A stretch of DNA of 64,000 nt, from assembly GCF_009914755.1 (NCBI RefSeq), contig NC_060933.1; one strand, written 5' to 3'. Positions 12,001 to 24,988 of this stretch are shown here, piece after piece. Source of the stretch: the human T2T-CHM13v2.0 reference genome, Homo sapiens. Each line of letters opens with the position of its first letter. Positions within the stretch are counted from its first letter, which is position 1. The notes beneath the pieces were generated by a model. That model saw only the letters and a list, made by a program, of their open reading frames with translations. It was not told the origin of the DNA and ran no database searches. The position numbers and the translations under genes are program-made.

Positions 12001-15000
12001 TCCCAAGGCCTTGGGCAGCTCTGTACCTGTGGCTTTGCAGTGTTCAGCCCCCGCAGCTGCCCTCATGGGCTGGGCTAGTGTTGAGCAGCTGTAGCTTTTC
12101 CACAATGAAGATGCAAGATGTTAGTGAGTCTATGAATCTGACGTTTCAGAATGGTGCTCCCTGTGTGGTGGTTGCAACCCTATATGTTCCTTCCATACTG
12201 CCCTAGTAAAGGATTCCCATGAGGCTCTGCCTCTTTGAATAGTTTCGACCTGGACACCCAGGTTTTTCTGTAAATCCTCTGTAGTCTACATGAAGGATTC
12301 TGAGCCTCTAGTCTTGTTCTTTTTGTACCTGCTGGCTCAACACTATGTGGAAGCCACCAAGGCTTGCAGCTTGCACCCTCTGAAGCAGTGACCCAAGATG
12401 TACCTTTGTGTCTGTCAGCCATGGTTGGAGCTGGAGCTTCAGGTATGCAGCCAGCAGTGTCCTGAGGATGGACACAGCAGCAGGGCCATGGGACTGGATA
12501 AGGAAATCATTCTTTTCTCCCAGGCCTGGGGGCCTGTGACAGCAAGGGTTGCTGCAAAAGTCTCTGAAGTGCCTTCAAGGCCTTTTTATCCTTGTCTTGG
12601 CTATTAGCACTCAATTCCATTTTATGCACATTTCTGAAATCTTCTTGAACTTTCCCACGGAAAATCAGCTTTTCTTTTTGACCACTTGGCCAGCCTGCAA
12701 ATTTTCCAAACTTTTAAGCTCTCCATCTCATTTAAATATAAGTTTCACCTTGAGGTCATTTCTTTGGTCACATATAAGACACCTCAGGGTGTTTGGCACA
12801 GACCAGACACCTCTTGAGCTTTGCTGCCTAAAAGTTCATTCCACCAGATACACTCTAAATCATCACTCTCAAGTTCAAAGTTTCATAGATCTCCAGGTTA
12901 ACGGCATCATGCAGTAACGTTCTTTGCTAAGGGAAAACAAAAGTGACCTTGGCTCCTCATCCCAGCAAGCTCCTCATTTTCATGTGAGACCTTCTAAGCC
13001 TGGCCATCACTGTCCATCATTCTGTCATCTTTTTAATTATAACTATTTAACAAGTCTCTACACTGGTCCAAACTTTTCCACATCTTCCTGTCTTCTTCCA
13101 ACACCTCCAAACTCTCCAACCTCTGGCCGTTACACATTTCTCAACCTGCTTCTACATTTTCAGCTATGTTTGTTGCAGCCTGGCAATGTGGTAAAAGAAG
13201 CAAAGTCTGTTTCAGGAGAAAAATTCAGGCAGGCTTCAGATATTTGCCTGAAAAGAAGCTGAGTGCTCATTGCCAAGAAAATAAGGAAAAGGCCTTGAAG
13301 GCATTTCATAGCTCCATTTCACAGCACTAATTTTCTGTATAATCAGAAAGAAAAGAGGTTGAACTGGCTCATGGTTCTGCATGCTTTAAATAAATCATAG
13401 AGGCTACTGCATCTGGGAGGACTCAGGAAGCCTCCCAATCATTCCAGAAGACCAAGCACCAATAGTATGTTTTATATGGCAGAAGTAGAAACAAGACAGA
13501 GAGAGGAAAAAGGTGCCACACCCTGTTATACAACCAGATTTCCTGAGAACTCTCTAACACAAGGTCAGCATCAAGAATGCTTAACCATTGGTGGAGCCAT
13601 TGGTGAAAGATCTGCCCCCTACCACCCACAACCCCCACTGTTTCCAAGGAGAAGCCTGAGGCAGAGGCAGAGCCACTAGGAAAACCTCTACTAGGACAGA
13701 GCAGAAAAAAACAAAAAACAAAAAAAAAGGCTTGGTGGCCCCACATAAGAGGTTACCATCCTCCAGACTCTCTAACCTCTGGCCATTTCCCAATTCAGAA
13801 CTGGCTTCTACATTGTCAGCTATCTGTGTCACAGCCTGGCAATGTGGTAAAAGAAGAAGGGTCCATTATCAAAGGAAAAATCAAGAAGGCCTCCAATATT
13901 TGCATTAAAAAAACCAGTGCTAACAGCCAAGAGATTGCGGGAAAGGCCTAGAAGGCATTTCATATCTTCACCTTGCAGCATTAATTTTCTGTATATACAT
14001 AAAGAAAAGAGGTTTAATTGACTCACAGTTCTTCGGGCTGTAAAGAAAGCATAGTTGTTTCTGCTTCTAGGAGGACTCAGGAAGCCTCACAACCATACCA
14101 GAAGGCCAAGCGGCAATGAAATGTTTCATATAGCAGGAGCAGAAGCACGACAGCGAGAGGAAAGAGGTGCCATATCCTGTTATGCAACTTGATCTCATGA
14201 GAGCTCACTATGAGGAGATCAGCATCACAAAGATGGTGCTTAACTATTGGTGAAGGATCTGCCCCCACCCCATATCCACCCCTCACTGTCTCCATGCAGA
14301 AGCCTGAGACAGAGGCAGAGCCTCTTGGAAAACCTCTACTAGGGCAGCGCAGAAGGAAAATATGGGTTTGGAGCCCCTATGCAGGAGGCCACCATCCTCC
14401 AGACCCCAGATTCATAGATGCACCAACAGCCCGCACCCTCAGTATGGAAAAGCTACACGCACTAAACACCAGCCTAGCCCATGAGAGCAGCCATGGGGGC
14501 TAAAGCCACAGGTGCACTGCCCTAGTAGAGGTTTCCCATGAGCCTCTGCCTCTGCAGCAGGCTACTCCCCTCCCACAACATGCCACCCTCACACCACCCT
14601 ACAGCCAACCTACTCCTCCCCACCTAACCCACCTCTTTGTACTTCCAACCCCACCCCTCTCCCATCCATGAATAAATCACCTCCCACCAGGCCCCACCTG
14701 CAACATTCAGGATTACAATTCCACATGAGTTTAGGTAGGGATACACAGCTAAACCATATTATTCTGACCCTGATCCCCTGAATATCATATCCTTCTCACA
14801 GAGTAAAATACAATCATGCCTTTTCAAAAGTTGCTGAAAGTCTGAAGTCATTTCAACATTAACTCAAATGTAAAAAGTTCAACGTCTCACCTGAGAAAAG
14901 GCTACAGTCCCTTTTGCCTATGAGTCCCTGAATTTAAAAGGGAGTTCTTTTCTTTCAAGGTATGATGATGGTAGAGGCATTGGGCAAGTTTTCTCAATCC

Positions 15001-18000
15001 AAAGGATAGAGGTTTGCCAGGAAAATAACACAAATGAGATGACAGGGCCAACGCAAGTCCAAAACCCAGAAGGCCAGTATCCATTCAATCTCACAGCTCC
15101 AAAACCATCACGAGAACTCACCATGGTGAGGAAATCATTAAGGAGACAGTGTTTAACCATTTGTGAGGGATCCTGCCTCCAACCCTACCTTTCACCCCTC
15201 ACCTCCACCAAAATCCACCCATTCTCCCCAATCCCCACCTTCCAACACCCACTGCCCTCCATGATTAAATCACCTTCAACTTGGCCCCACTTTTAAGATT
15301 TCCAATTAAAATTCCAGATAAGTTTCTGTAACACACAGCCAAATCTTATCATTCTGTCCCTGCCTACCCAGATTTCATGTCCTTCTCACTTTGCAAAATG
15401 AAATGATGCATTACCTGCCATTTCCCCAAGCCACTATGCTTTTTTTACAGCCTGCAGAACTATAAGCCAATTAAACCCCTTTTTGTTATGAATACACAAA
15501 AAATTAGTACTGTGAAGTTAAGCTATGAAATGCCTTCAGTGACTTTTCCCCATCGTCTTGGATAAGACCCCCAAGGTCTTAACTCATTCCAGCATTTACT
15601 CAAATGTCTGAAGCCCAAAGTCTCAACTGAGACAAAGCTGCAGTCTCTTCTGCCCCTGAGCCTCTGAAATACAAAGCAGGTTAACCACTTCCAAGGTACG
15701 ATTGTCCAGGCATTTAGTAAGAATCTCCACCCAAAAGGAAGATTTTTGCCAGAGAGAAGAACAAAACACAAACAGGACTTACAAGTCCCACGAAATTCTG
15801 AAACTCAGCAGGCCACTTATTCAAACCTACAGCTCCAAAGTCATCCTTTTTAAATCCTTGTCCCACATCCAGGGCACAAGGGCATGAGGGTGGGCTCCCA
15901 AGGCCTTGGGCAGCTCTGCACCTGTGGCTTTGCAGTGTTCAGCCCCCGCAGCTGCCCTCATGGGCTGTGCTGCTGTTGAGTGCCTGGAGATTTTAACCCA
16001 TGGAGGGTACGAAGCTTTTGATGGGTCTATGAACCTGGGGCCCGCACGATGGTGGCCTCCAGTGTGGGGGCTCCAACCTCATATTTTCCTTCTGCACTGC
16101 CCAAGTAGAGGTTTCCCATGAGACTCTGCTTTTTTGGCAGCCTTCTGTCTGGACACCAGGCATTTCCATACACCTTCCGAAATATATTTATATGGAGGCT
16201 CCCAAGTCTCTAGACTAGTGCTCCGTGGACCCACTGGCTTAACACTATGTAGAAGTAACCAAGGCCTATAGCTTGCACCCTCTGAGGCAGTGACCCAAGC
16301 TGTACCTGTACATCTTTCAGCCAAGGTCGGAGCAGGAGCTGGGGCTGCTGGGATGCAGGCAGCAGCGTCCTGAGGCTACACACAGCAGCAGGGCCATGGG
16401 GCTGGCCCAGGAAACCATTCTTCTCTCCTAGGTCCCAAGGCCCGTGACAGCAAGGGCTGTTGCAAACATCTCTGAAATGCCTCCAAGCCTTTTCCCCACA
16501 ATTGTCTTGGCTATTAGCACTGGCCTCCATTTTATGCAAATTTCTGGAGACTTCATGAATTTTCCCCCTGAAAATCAGCTTTTCTCTTTGACCACCTGGC
16601 CAGGCTGCAAATGTTCCAAACTTTTGAGCTCTGCTTATCATTTAAATATAAGTTCCAACTTGAGGTCATTTCCTTGGTCACACATAACAGCACAGACTGT
16701 TTGATGCAGACAGGATCCCTCTTGTGCTATGGTGCCTAGAAGTTCATTTCACCAGATATGCACTAAATCATCACCCTCAAGTTCAAAGTTTCACAGATCT
16801 CAAGGGCAAGGTCGCCCTGCAGCCACGTTCTTTGCTACAGCAAAACAAAAGTAACCGTGGCTCCTGTTCCCAGTAAGTTCCTCATTTTCATCTGAGACCT
16901 TGTAATCCTGGCCTTCCCTGGCCTTCCCTGGCCTTCCTTCTGTCAGCATTCTAATCAAAACTATTTAACAAGTCTCTACAATGGTCCCAACTTTCCCTCA
17001 TCTTCCTGTCTTTTTTCAAGCTCTCCAAACTCTCCAACTTCTGGTGTTACCGACTTCTGAACCGCTTTACATTTTCAGCTATCTTTGTTGCAGCCTGGCA
17101 CTCCTGCCTTTCACCTGTAACCCCAAACACAATCCCCCCTAACTCTCCCCACCCTCCCAATACCCTCCAACTGTCCCCTTCCCACACATCCAACCTCCAC
17201 TCTCCACCAGGGGAAACTTCAAGAAGGCTTCAGATATTTGCATTAAAAAGAAGCCCAGTGCTAACAGCCAAGACAATGGGGAAAAGTCCTTGAAGATATT
17301 TCATAGCTCCACTTTGCAGTACTTATTTTCTGTGTGGTCATAATGAAAAGGGGATTCATTGGCTCATGGGTCTTCAGGCTGTAAAGAAAGCATGGTGGCT
17401 TCTGCTTCTGGGAAGACTCAGGAAGCCTCCCAATCATACCAGAAGGAAAGCAGCAATGAAATGTTTCATACGGCAGGAGTAGGAGCAAGACTCACAGAGG
17501 AAAGAGGTGCCACCGCCTGTTATACAACCAGATCTCATGAGAACTCACTGTCACTAAGTCAGCATCAAGAAGATGGTGCTTAACCATTGGTGAAGTATCC
17601 ACCCCCCCAACACACCTCCACCCCCTACTGTTTCCAGACAGAAGCCTGCTGCAGAGGCAGAGCCTCTTGGAAATCCTGTTCTGTGGCAGTGCAGAAGGAA
17701 AACAAGGGCTTTGAGTCGCTCTGCAGGAGGCCGCCATCCTCTAGACCCCAGATTCGTAGACCTACCAACAGTTCACACCCTCAGTTTGGAAAAGCGATAG
17801 ACACTCAATACCAGCCCAGCCCATAAGGGCAGCCATGGGGGCTAAAGCCTGCAAAGCCACAGGTGCACTGCCCTGGTAGAGGTTTTCCATGAGCCTCTAC
17901 CTCTGCAGCAGGCTACTCCCCCTTCCTACTACCCACCACCCTCTGACCACCCTACAGCCAGCATACTGTTCCCCACCCTACCCACCCCTTTTTTCTTCCA

Positions 18001-21000
18001 CCCCCACACCTCCCATCCATGATTAAATAATCTCCCACCAGGCCCCACCTCCAACATTTGGGATTACAATTCCATGTGAGTTTTTCTAGAGGCACACAAC
18101 CAAATCATATTATGCTGACCTTGACCCCCCCAAATCCCATGTCCTTCTCACACAGTAAAATACAATCACATCTTTTCAAAAGTTTCCAAAAGCCTTAACT
18201 CATTTCCACACTAACTCAAATGTGAAAAGTTAAAAGTCTCATCTGAGATCAGGCTACAGTCTCTTCTGCCTATGAGGCCCTGAAGTTAAAAGGGCATTCA
18301 TTTCTTTCTAGGTACAATGATGGTACAGGTATTGGGTAAGTTTTCTCAATCCAAAGGGAAGAAATTTCCAAGAAAAATAACACAAGTGGGACCACAGGCC
18401 CAATGCACATCCAAAACCCAGCAGGACACTGTTCATTCAATCTCACAGCTCCAAAATCATGAATAGAACTCACTCTCAGAAGGGCAACATTAAGGAGATG
18501 GTGTTTACCCATTTGTGAAGGATCCACCCCCACTCCTGCCTTTTACCCATAAACCCAAACACAATCCCCCCCAACTCTCCCCACCCCCACAATACCCTCC
18601 AACTCTCCCCATCCCTCCCATCCAACCTCCACTCTCCACCATGATTAAATCACCTTCCACCAGCCCCCACCTTTAACATTCCCCATTAAAATTCCACATG
18701 AGTTTTGGGAGAGGTACAGAGCCAAATCATATTACTCTGTCCCGGGTCCCCCAAATCTCATGTCTTTCTCACATTGCAAAACACAATGATGCCTTCCCTA
18801 CAGTCCCCCAAATCTTAACTCATTAGAGCATTTACTCAAATATCCAAAGCCCAAAGTCTTATCTGAGACAAGTCTACAGTCCCTTCTGCCATGAGTCTGT
18901 GAATTATAAAGCAACTTAACTACTTCCAAGCTACAATGATTGTACAGGCAATGGGTAAGCATTCTCAACCAATAGAAAAAATTGCTGGAAAGAAGCACAA
19001 AACACAGATGGGATTCATAGGATACATAAATGTCCAAAACCCAGCAGGCCAGTCACTCAATCCTACAGCTCCAGAATCATCCTTTTTGAATCCCTGTCCC
19101 ACATCCATGGCACAGGGGTATGAGGGCTGGTCTTCCTAGGCCTTGGGCAGATCTGCACCTGTGGCTTTGCAGTGTTCAGCCCCTGTAGCTGCCGTCATGG
19201 ACAGGGCTGGTGTTAAGTGCCTGTAGCTTTTCCATACTGAGGGTGCAAGCTGTTTGTGGGTCTATGAATCTGGGGTTTGGAGAATGATGCCTCCCTGTAT
19301 GGGGGCCTGTGACAGCAAGGGCTGCTGCAGAGGACTGTGAAATGCCTTCGAGGCCTCTTTCCCATTGTCTTGGCTATTTGTACTGGGCTTCTTTTTATGC
19401 AGATACTCTAAGCCTCCTTGAATTTTCCCCCGGAAAATCAGCTTTTCTTTTTGACCACTTGGCCAGGCTGCAGATTTTCCAAACTTTAGGTCTCCACTTC
19501 TCATTTCAATAGAAGTTCCAACTTGAAGTCATTTCTTAGGTCACGCATAAGAACACAGGCTATTCAATGCAGACAGGACACCTCGATATGCTGCCTAGAT
19601 GTTCATTCCACCAGATACATCCTAAATCATCACCCCCAAATTCATAGTTTCATAGATGTCCAGGGCAGGGTCACCGTGCAGCCACGTTCTTTGCTAAGGC
19701 CAATCAAATGTAACCATGGCTCCTGTTCACAGGAAATTCCTAATCTTCATCTGAGACCTTTTAAGTCTGAACTTCAGTGTTTATCCTTCTGTCAGCCTTC
19801 TGATCGCAAGTATTTAACAATTCTCTACAGTGGTCAAATTTTCCTCATCTTGCTGTCTTCCAAGCTTTCCCAACTCTCCTGACCTCTGTCTTTTACCCAC
19901 TTCTGAACCTGGTTCTATGTTGTCAGCTATCTTTATCACAACCTGGCCGTGTGGTAAAAGAAGAAAAGTCCACTTTCAGGGGGAAAATTCATGAAGGCTC
20001 CAGATATTTGCATGAAAAGAAGCTGAGTGCTGGTTGCCAAGAAAAGGGGAAAGGGCCTTGAAGGCACTTCATAGCTCCACTTCATAGCACTAATTTTCTG
20101 TATGATCATAAAGAAAAGAGGTTTAATTGGCTCATGGTTCAGCAGGCTGTAAAGGAGGCAGAGTGGCTTCTGCTTCTGGGACATCTCAGGGAGCCTCACA
20201 ACCATACCAGAAGGCCAAGGGGCAAGGAGATGTTTCATATGGCTGGAATAGAAGCAAGACTGAGAGAGGAAAGAGGTGCCACACCTTGTTATATAACCAG
20301 ATCTCATAAGAACTCACTGTTACTAGGTCAGCATCAAGAAGATGGTGCTTAACCATTGGTGAAGGATCTGCCTCCCACCCCCATCTCCCACTGTTTCCAG
20401 GCAGCAGCCTGCTGCAGACGCAGAGTTCTTGGGAAACCTCTACTAGGGCAGTGCAGAAGGAAAATACGGACTTGGAGCCCCCACACAGGGCTACCACCCT
20501 ACAGACCCCAGATTTAGAGACCCACCAACAGCTTGCACCCTCAGTGTGGAAAAGCTACAGGCACTGAACACTAGTCCAGTCCACGAGAGCATCCATGGGG
20601 GCTCAAACCTGCAAAGCCACAGGTGCACTGCCCTAGTAATGGTTTTACATGAGGCTCTGCCTCTGCAGCATGCTACTCCCCCTTCCTACTACCCACGACC
20701 CTCCCACCACCCTACAGCCAGCCTACTCATTCCCACCCTACCCACCCCTTTTTCCATCCACACCCACCCCTGCTCATCCATGATTAAATCACTTCCTCCC
20801 TCTCCCTCATCTTTCTGTCATGCTCTAATCCCTCCAAACCCTCCCAATCTTTGTTTGCTACCCACTACTGAGCCTGCTTCTACTTTTTCAGGTATCTCTA
20901 TAGCAGGTTGGCTATGTAGCAATAACACAAAACCCCATTTAAGGGGAAAAATTCAAGAAGACTTCAGAAATTTGCATATAAAGAAGCCCTGTGCTAATAG

Positions 21001-22296
21001 CCAAGACAAAGGGAAAAAGGCCTTGAAGACATGCACAGCTCTCTCGGCAGTTCTAATTTTCTTTATTATTGTAAATGAAAGAGGTTTAATTGAATCATGG
21101 TTTTGCAAGCTGTGAAGGAAGCATAGTGTCTTCCATTTCTGGGAGGAATCAAGAAGCCTCCTAATTATACCAAAAGCCAAGACAATGAGATACCTCCTAA
21201 GGCAGGAGTAGGAGGAAGACAGAGTGAGGAAAGAGGTTCCACAGCCTTTTAAACAACCAGATCTCATGAGAACTCACTCGCTATCAGGAGGACAGCATCA
21301 AGGTGATGGTCCTTTATCATTCGTGGAGAACCTACCCGCACCCTTTTATAACTAAATCTTTTTCCACCTAGGCCCCACCTCTAACATTAGGGAGTATAAT
21401 TCCACATGGGTTTTGATACGGACACAGAGACAAACCATATTATTCTGTCCCTGATCCCATGAATATCATGTCCTTCTCACATTGCAAAATACAATCATGC
21501 CTTGCCAGAATGAGTCTTAACTCATTTCAGCATTAACTCAAACTTACAAAGTCCAAAATCTCATCTGAGTCAAGGCTACGGTCTCTTTTTCTTATGAGCC
21601 TCTGAAATAAAAAGCAAGTTCACAGCTTCTAACGTATAATGATGGTACAGGCATTGTGTAAGCTTTCCATATTCAAAAGGAAGACCTTTTCCAGAAAGCT
21701 TCTTATTTCTATCTGAGACCTCCTCAGCCTGGCCTTCACTATCCATGTTTGTGCCAGGATTTTTATCACAACCATTTAACCAGTCTCTAAGATAGTCCAA
21801 AAATTTTCTCATCTGTCTTCTTTTGAGCCTTCCAAACTCTTCCAACCTCTGCCCATTACCTAGTTCCAAAGCTGCTTCCACATTTTCAGGTATCTTTATA
21901 GCAATGCTGCAATCGTCATTTGCCATTTTCTGTTTGATTCATTTTGAAAAAGAGGTTTAATTGGCTCATGGTTCTGCAGAGTGGACAGGAAGCACAGGGC
22001 TTCTGATTCTGGAAGGCCTCAGAAATCTTTCAATCTTTGTACAAGGCAAAGAAAGAGTGAGTTGTCTCACATGGCAAGAGGAAAACACGCAGAGTAGGGA
22101 GGTGACATAGTTTTCAGTGGCCAGATCTCACGAGAAGTCACTCATGATTGTGAGGATGGTACAAGGGGATGGTGCTGAACCATTCATGAGAAATTTGCCT
22201 TCACAAATCAATTGCCTTATACCAGGATCCACCTTCCACATTAGGAAATATAATTAAATATGAGATTTGGTGGGGACACATATTCGAATTGCATCA
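1..22296 (-). repeat. Tandem macrosatellite of rearranged MaLR (MSTA-type LTR + internal) units, about 7 units of ~2.8-3.7 kb; continues off the left edge
   Basis: Anchor gaccccagatt recurs at ~1504, 4451, 7641, 10659, 14402, 17744 and 20504. Reverse-complement LTR ends (gggacacacagccaaaccatatta) are followed by MST/THE1-int-like sequence. The same short ORF peptides recur in the ORF track. Confidence 0.93.
21931..22296 (-). mobile_element. Terminal, nearly un-rearranged MSTA-type MaLR LTR bounding the array
   Basis: Contains gaggatggtacaaggggatggtgctgaaccattcatgagaa and ends tgagatttggtggggacacatattcgaattgcatca, matching the reverse complement of the MSTA LTR as recalled. Preceded by an internally deleted int segment (21443-21930). 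Confidence 0.8.
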
Positions 22297-23500
22297 TCAG
22301 TCTTTGAGTATCAAGACATGCACAGCAGGCTTTATCCAGCCAACTTATTTGGGACTCTTTATAGGGTTTGTGGTCTACAGCATATACACTAAAATATTCA
22401 TACTTCAAAGAGCAGTAAAGTGGTATTATCATTCTTCCAAAAGTCCCAATGGTAGTTTAGGCATTCATGGCATGATTTAGTTCATGTTTGCTACTGTTTC
22501 TATTCTGTCAACATATTAACTGTTTCCTACACAATTCTGTATTCAGCTTGATTTCAGTTGAGCACAAAACCATCCTTGTGCTACCACGGATAGCTGGCAC
22601 TAGCTCCTTGCTAGTGTTATTATTCTGTGTAGAAAGTATCCTTGAACTGGAAACAGTCCACAATCAAATATCTAGTCATTCAACATTATCAATTCCTGGA
22701 TGATTTTTGAAAAAATAGTATCTCTTGTTGCAAGAAATGCTGCATCTGTGATTTCATGTCTCTCATTCAAATTGGATGGAAGTGGTGAATTTCCAGTGAA
22801 GTGGTGAAAGAATTCCTGTTCCTGTGATTCTGATGTCATCAGCCTCTGCATCTCTATCTTCCCTTCTGCCACATGTTGCCTGCCCTCCGCGACTTTGGTA
22901 AGAACTTGCTTGTGTATGTGGATGATGTTCAGGATGTTGGTCTGGTGTCCCTGAGACAGCACTAACAGGTCCATAACTGGGTCCAGGTTCTGCCTGGTAT
23001 GATTGGCAAAGAGCTCACTGACAGTGTTGAAGGCATCTGTGGTGAAGTGGATGGGCTGGTCCAGCTCCAAGGCCTGGCTGAGGCTGAAGAACTGGCAGCC
23101 TTCTGATGCTCCTTCTTAAAGCCTGTCACCATCACCTGCTTGCATGTCAACTCATTGGCTGTGAAGTTGAGCCGAGTGCCCTGTTGTTCATCTTCTTGGT
23201 GAAGCATTTGAAGCTGTCGATCTTGCTCTCCCACTCCTAAAGTTTGAGTGTCACCCTGGAAGTAGGCTCAGAGCCAGGGAGAATCTGGCACTCACCATCT
23301 CATCCTTCTCAGCCTTCCTCTTGCCCTGTCTCCAGGCTGTCTCTTCAGTGCTGGTGTGGCACATCAGGAAGTGTTGGAAGATGTGGCACTGTGCCTGCAC
23401 CCAGAAGCTGGCCGTGTGGTTCATCCACCAGATTGGGCCCTTTCTGCACTTGAACATAGAATCCTCCTCAAGAGGGCCTGTGGTCTGCCTCTTGGCACAC
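22297..23500 (-). pseudogene. SNX18P: Processed, 5'-truncated SNX18 pseudogene (end of PX domain, BAR domain, probable 3'UTR)
   Basis: Translations [24 protein letters not shown]...FQHFL...[33 protein letters not shown]...IIHIHKQVLTKVAEGRQHVAEGK and EIHHFHPI*MRDMKSQMQHFLQQEILFFQK match SNX18. Frameshifts and stops are present, and there is no intron at the HVQKG/ALTKV junction. Assigning 22297-22670 to the 3'UTR is inference. Confidence 0.9.
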
Positions 23501-23627
23501 AAGAAGCCCAGTGCTGTAGGAGCCCTGATGCATGGATTGGAGCCCCAAAGGCAGCGCAAACCCTGCTCCTGAGGCTGCTGCTCATTTCCTCTATGTGGCT
23601 CCATTTGCAGCACAGTTGTTGAACTGA

Positions 23628-23970
23628 GGCTTGTGCATGCCAGGCAAGGCCAAGTTGGCTCAAAGAGCAACCAGCCACCTCTGCAAGGGTGTGCCAGGAG
23701 CAGGTGGACCAGCCACCAACCTCACTTGCTGCCAGTCGGGGTAAATCAGTTACTCTGCCCTGGAGGTAGGGCCCCAGTGCCATCTGCTTTTCCTCAGGCC
23801 TCCACTCCATCAGCTGTCAGGTGGTGGTCACTCGGGGTGTGGGAACCTGGCCATCCCTGTTTCCTTGAGTGGGTGAGGTTGGTGGCTGGTCCACCTGCTC
23901 CTGGCACACCCTTGCAGAGGTGGCTGGTTGCTCTTTGAGCCAGCTTGGACTTACTTGGCATGCACAGGCC
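23628..23970. repeat. Inverted repeat: 98-bp arms (23628-23725 / 23873-23970), 147-bp spacer
   Basis: 23656-23725 is the exact reverse complement of 23873-23942 (70 bp), with 5 mismatches in the outer 28 bp. The peptide [26 protein letters not shown] appears on both strands of the ORF track. Confidence 0.95.
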
Positions 23971-24918
23971 CCGGGTACTGACAAGCTGCTCCGAGTGAGC
24001 TTGTCTTGTCTTGGGCCAAATTCTAAGTCTGGCCAGGGCCACAGAAGGCTGAGTCCCCTGGGTGGTAATCCTGGCTGCTGCAGGGAGGCCCATGGTGCTC
24101 CTCCCCTCCCAGGGCTCAGGATGAGGTTCAACTGGGACAGGACCCTTTAGGTATGGGACTTGTGCCCCAGGAGGGGGCCTCTGTCACACAGGTTGGGTAA
24201 GATGTATGGCATGCTGCTGGCTTCCAGGGCTGTTGGGATCACATATTCACCCTTCCCTCCAGGGACCTCAAAATGACCAGCTTCCCCTTTGAGAATGACT
24301 TCCCAAGGCCTAGGAGCCATCTGGGGCTGCAGGGCAGCTGGCTGCATGCTGCCCTGGCTTCTTCCATGTTGTGCTGGTCACTACCCACCAAGGGGGGTCA
24401 GATGCAGGCACCATGCAGGGCAGTTGTCTCTGGACCTGCGTCTTTGTTATCATGGAGCTGGACTGGGCCTGGGTGAGAGGGCCTGATGGGGTTGTCCTGG
24501 GTAATCACGGGGGTGATCAGAAAAGATGCAGAATGGAATTGCTGCGAGGATGAACGAGATGACTGTCAGCACAGAATAGGCAGCCGGTGAGTGTTCAGGG
24601 ATTACCCTCAGTAGCTGCTCAGAGGCCAAAACCACCCAACTGATAGCGACTGTCCCCAAGCTAGGAGGAAGAGAAGAGAGCAGGTCCCACTCACCTGAGT
24701 CTGATCAGTCAGCTGTGTTGAGATGTGCCTCTCACCTAGAAAACGGTCCTTCACGCAGAGCCACTCAGACACCACAGTGTGTCTCTAACTGCTCCACAAC
24801 ACAGAGGCGATGGGGGCTCAGCAACAGTGACATTGTGGGGTGACACAACCCACCACAATGGGAGCCTGCATGGGTCAACAGGGCCCAGAGTCAGTGTCCT
24901 CTATCCCCTGAACTGACA

Positions 24919-24988
24919 TGTGTGGATGCAGTGTGTTTGTGCATGCGTGTGTGCCTGTGTGTGTGTGTGCACATATGTGTGTGTGTGT
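24919..24988. repeat. Imperfect (TG)n microsatellite
   Basis: Interrupted tgtgtg runs seen directly. Confidence 0.9.

Noticed and set aside
1-22296. Dozens of recurring 60-190 aa ORFs suggesting a repeated gene cluster
   Set aside because: They are chance or relic frames in decayed MaLR sequence, broken differently in each unit, with no consistent start, stop or splice structure.
22672-23670. Functional SNX18-like gene
   Set aside because: Frameshifts and an in-frame stop; SH3 and most of the PX domain are missing; intronless.
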